64,000 nucleotides of DNA. Origin: Acidobacteriota bacterium. GTDB taxonomy: Bacteria; Acidobacteriota; UBA6911; RPQK01; JADFOI01. Positions 62,103 through 64,000 of the stretch are shown piece after piece (position 1 is the first letter of the stretch; every line of letters begins with the position of its first letter). The notes under the pieces are model-generated. The model did no database searches, had not been told where the DNA came from, and saw only the letters and a list, made by a program, of their open reading frames with translations. The stretch is from NCBI GenBank assembly GCA_036338435.1, contig JAYZCG010000026.1, positions 8,465-72,464 on the forward strand, read 5' to 3'. The translations under genes were made by a program, and so were the position numbers.

Positions 62103-62354
62103 TTAGTTTTCGGACTCATCTTCAGCAGCTTCTTCGCCATGACCAGCTCCTTCACCATGACCAGCTCCTTCGCCATGACCAGCTCCTTCGCCATGACCAG
62201 CTCCTTCGCCATGACCAGCTTCTTCGTCATGACCAGCTTCTTCGCCATGACCAGCTTCTTCAACAGCAGGAGCTTCTTCGGTGGCCGGAGCACAGTAGGT
62301 GCCAAAAAAGATTGTCAAAAAGAAAATACTAGAAAACAAAATAGGCTTAAACAT
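62103..62354 (-). CDS. Small secreted His-rich repeat protein with about 7 (GHGEGA)-type repeats; putative periplasmic metal-binding protein
   Basis: Signal peptide MFKPILFSSIFFLTIFFGTYCAP. Strong RBS GGGAGGG. Repeats GHGEEAGHDEEAGHGEGAGHGEGAGHGEGAGHGEGAGHGEEA. Acidic C-terminal tail. Directly upstream of sodC and probably co-transcribed (about 40 nt gap). Confidence 0.55.
   Translation of the reverse strand: MFKPILFSSIFFLTIFFGTYCAPATEEAPAVEEAGHGEEAGHDEEAGHGEGAGHGEGAGHGEGAGHGEGAGHGEEAAEDESEN
62118..62280. repeat. 18-bp tandem repeat (consensus GCCATGACCAGCTCCTTC), about 7 full copies (62136-62261) plus degenerate flanking copies
   Basis: Read directly from the sequence. Copies differ at 1-2 positions. 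The repeat is in-frame (6 codons) within the His-rich gene. Confidence 0.85.
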
Positions 62355-62481
62355 ATACAATACCCTCCCTCAAACTCACCCATTATAGAAGGAATTTCAC
62401 TGGCTGCAAGTTCTTTTAGTGGCTCAACACATACCTTTTACTTTTCTGCAGGCAGCACTTTTGATGCTGGATGTTTTTGCC

Positions 62482-63432
62482 TTAATACATTTGTGCTATT
62501 TCTTTGGAATCCCGTCGAACCTTGTCGATGAGTTCGACCGGCGAGAGAGGTTTTGCATGTGGTGCAAAGCTCAGGACTAGTCGTGATGGGTATTCGAGCG
62601 TTTCACTAGCAAGGGTTAGTATTATGCCCCCATCTTTTTTTGTGCTGGTCGCAGAGGATCCCCATCGTTCTTTAATCCAAGGAGCCACCTGGGGAGCAAA
62701 GTAGATCTCAACCTTGTTATGTCCCATGGATTTAAGAAAATTATCTTTATACTTATTGATGTCCAGGTTTTGTGGCGTGGGGAAACCTTGCTGATGTAAT
62801 TTAACGGAGAGGATACGTTCAAATTTAAAAGTTCGCACGTCTTTTCGCATCTCACAATGTGCGGTAAGGTACCAATAGCCTAAGTTTTTCATAAGAAAGT
62901 AAGGGTGAACAACTCGCTGGCTTGTTTCATCTCGGGTTAATGAGTAGTAATCGATCGAGGTTTTCTGGTGTTCTTCAACGGCTTGACGGAGAAGAGTGAA
63001 ATGTTGAGAAATAGGGCGCGAAGGTTGATCCAAGACAATGCGATCTTCTAGGCGGGCGGTGGGGTCAACAGACGTGGAAATTGCTTTCTCAATAGTTTGT
63101 TTCAGCGACTGAATAGTCTTTGGATCCACTTCAGGATCCAAGAGCTTTAAGGAAATCAGCAGTGCCAGAGCTTCGGGTCGTGTGAAGCGTAGTGGGCGGT
63201 TTAGCATTTGGTCGTACTCGATGTAGACTTTTTGTTCTTCTACGTAGATGTCAACGTAGTCGTCGGGTCGAAATGGAGGTTTACCAATGAGAAGTATGAA
63301 ATCCAGCTCTTTCATCAAGTCCTTTGGACGCATCCCGACGCGTTCAGACAATTCTGCAATAGGAATGCCCTGGTTTTTTGAGACATAGCTTAGGATGGAA
63401 AGGATGCGGTTAATTCGCTCTGTCACGTTCAT
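62482..63432 (-). CDS. HTH-WYL-WCX transcriptional regulator (PafC/PafB-like)
   Basis: 316 aa. N-terminal wHTH (ILSILSYVSKNQGIPIAELSERVGM). Central WYL domain (HPYFLMKNLGYWYLTAHCEMRKDVRTFKFERI). Confidence 0.65.
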   Translation of the reverse strand: MNVTERINRILSILSYVSKNQGIPIAELSERVGMRPKDLMKELDFILLIGKPPFRPDDYVDIYVEEQKVYIEYDQMLNRPLRFTRPEALALLISLKLLDPEVDPKTIQSLKQTIEKAISTSVDPTARLEDRIVLDQPSRPISQHFTLLRQAVEEHQKTSIDYYSLTRDETSQRVVHPYFLMKNLGYWYLTAHCEMRKDVRTFKFERILSVKLHQQGFPTPQNLDINKYKDNFLKSMGHNKVEIYFAPQVAPWIKERWGSSATSTKKDGGIILTLASETLEYPSRLVLSFAPHAKPLSPVELIDKVRRDSKEIAQMY

Positions 63433-64000
63433 ATTAAACTCCCAAGGACCTCGCGCAGTTCGTCCTGTATTTCTTCGGGAGATAATATTTTCACATCGGT
63501 TTTCTGAGATAGAACCCAGGAGATCAGACCTGATCTGTTGGTGACATTTAATTCAAAGACAGCTTCATTTGTTTGTTTGGCCATTGCAAGCTGTGGTCTG
63601 AGTTCTGGCAAGCGGTGAGCTGAAACCTCTATTGTTACCTGGATAGGGTCGTGTAAAGCTAGTTCCCATTGTTGCTGGTTCTGGTATTGTTTCACGGAAA
63701 ACTCAGCCGGGATTTCATAGTCTGGGGTTCCTGGGCGACGGGAATGTATAGTCATGCCCTTGATTCTAGTTACTACAAATGAACGTAAGTTTGCTCGAGT
63801 ATGGTCCCATCCAACCAGTGTCCAACTGCCTCTCCTGAAGATCAGTCCGTATGGATCCACTTGACGCCTAGACGTTTTACCGGTTGAGAAGGCGTGGTAG
63901 ACAAATTTCACAGTCTTCCTACGATCCAGAGCATCCTGAATTTGACTGACCCACTTTGAACGACCTGATCCATCTTTGCCCCCGTAGGTTATGGTGATTT
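63429..64000 (-). CDS. WYL-domain regulator, partial (N-terminus lies off the window); upstream member of a tandem WYL pair
   Basis: WYL core DPYGLIFRRGSWTLVGWDHTRANLRSFVVTRI. The reading frame stays open from the GTG at 63911 to the window edge, so an HTH domain probably lies beyond position 64000. 4-nt overlap with the downstream WYL gene. Confidence 0.55.
   Translation of the reverse strand, partial: ITITYGGKDGSGRSKWVSQIQDALDRRKTVKFVYHAFSTGKTSRRQVDPYGLIFRRGSWTLVGWDHTRANLRSFVVTRIKGMTIHSRRPGTPDYEIPAEFSVKQYQNQQQWELALHDPIQVTIEVSAHRLPELRPQLAMAKQTNEAVFELNVTNRSGLISWVLSQKTDVKILSPEEIQDELREVLGSLI

Noticed and set aside
62096-62531. Plus-strand ORFs (78 aa 'HDQLLRHDQLL…' and 143 aa 'AMTSSFAMTSSF…') across the 18-bp tandem repeat
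   Set aside because: They are repeat-generated shadow ORFs antisense to the well-supported His-rich gene, which has an RBS, a signal peptide and sodC synteny.

Overview
This 64 kb window reads as an ordinary bacterial chromosomal segment of about 47% GC, densely packed with housekeeping and catabolic genes on both strands. No integrase, transposase, CRISPR array, phage genes or recognisable defense-system proteins are present.

Confident core genes:
- ATP synthase F1 genes atpH-atpA-atpG-atpD-atpC, with no F0 genes in the window.
- TCA/redox genes lpdA and acnA.
- thyA-folA with a 4-nt overlap.
- trxB, nfo, queG and a Cu/Zn superoxide dismutase (sodC).
- A tRNA-Gln(CTG) that the ORF track cannot show.

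Accessory-like content:
- A catabolic cluster of TAXI-type TRAP transporter, UbiD-like decarboxylase, MocA-like cytidylyltransferase and a three-subunit molybdenum hydroxylase (large/FAD/2Fe-2S). A second UbiD paralog lies nearby.
- Several secreted hydrolases (M1, M28-PDZ, CocE/NonD, amidohydrolase).
- A sodium:solute symporter with its DUF4212 partner.
- Two translationally coupled half-size paralogous permease genes.

The most unusual locus is at the 3' end, on the minus strand. Two tandem WYL-domain regulators (PafBC-like; the first runs off the window edge) are followed by a small secreted protein built from about seven (GHGEGA) repeats, encoded by an 18-bp DNA tandem repeat. Immediately downstream is sodC, and the two genes share a duplicated RBS and signal-peptide leader. 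I could not identify any novel defense or mobile system; all findings below are hypotheses from sequence reading only.
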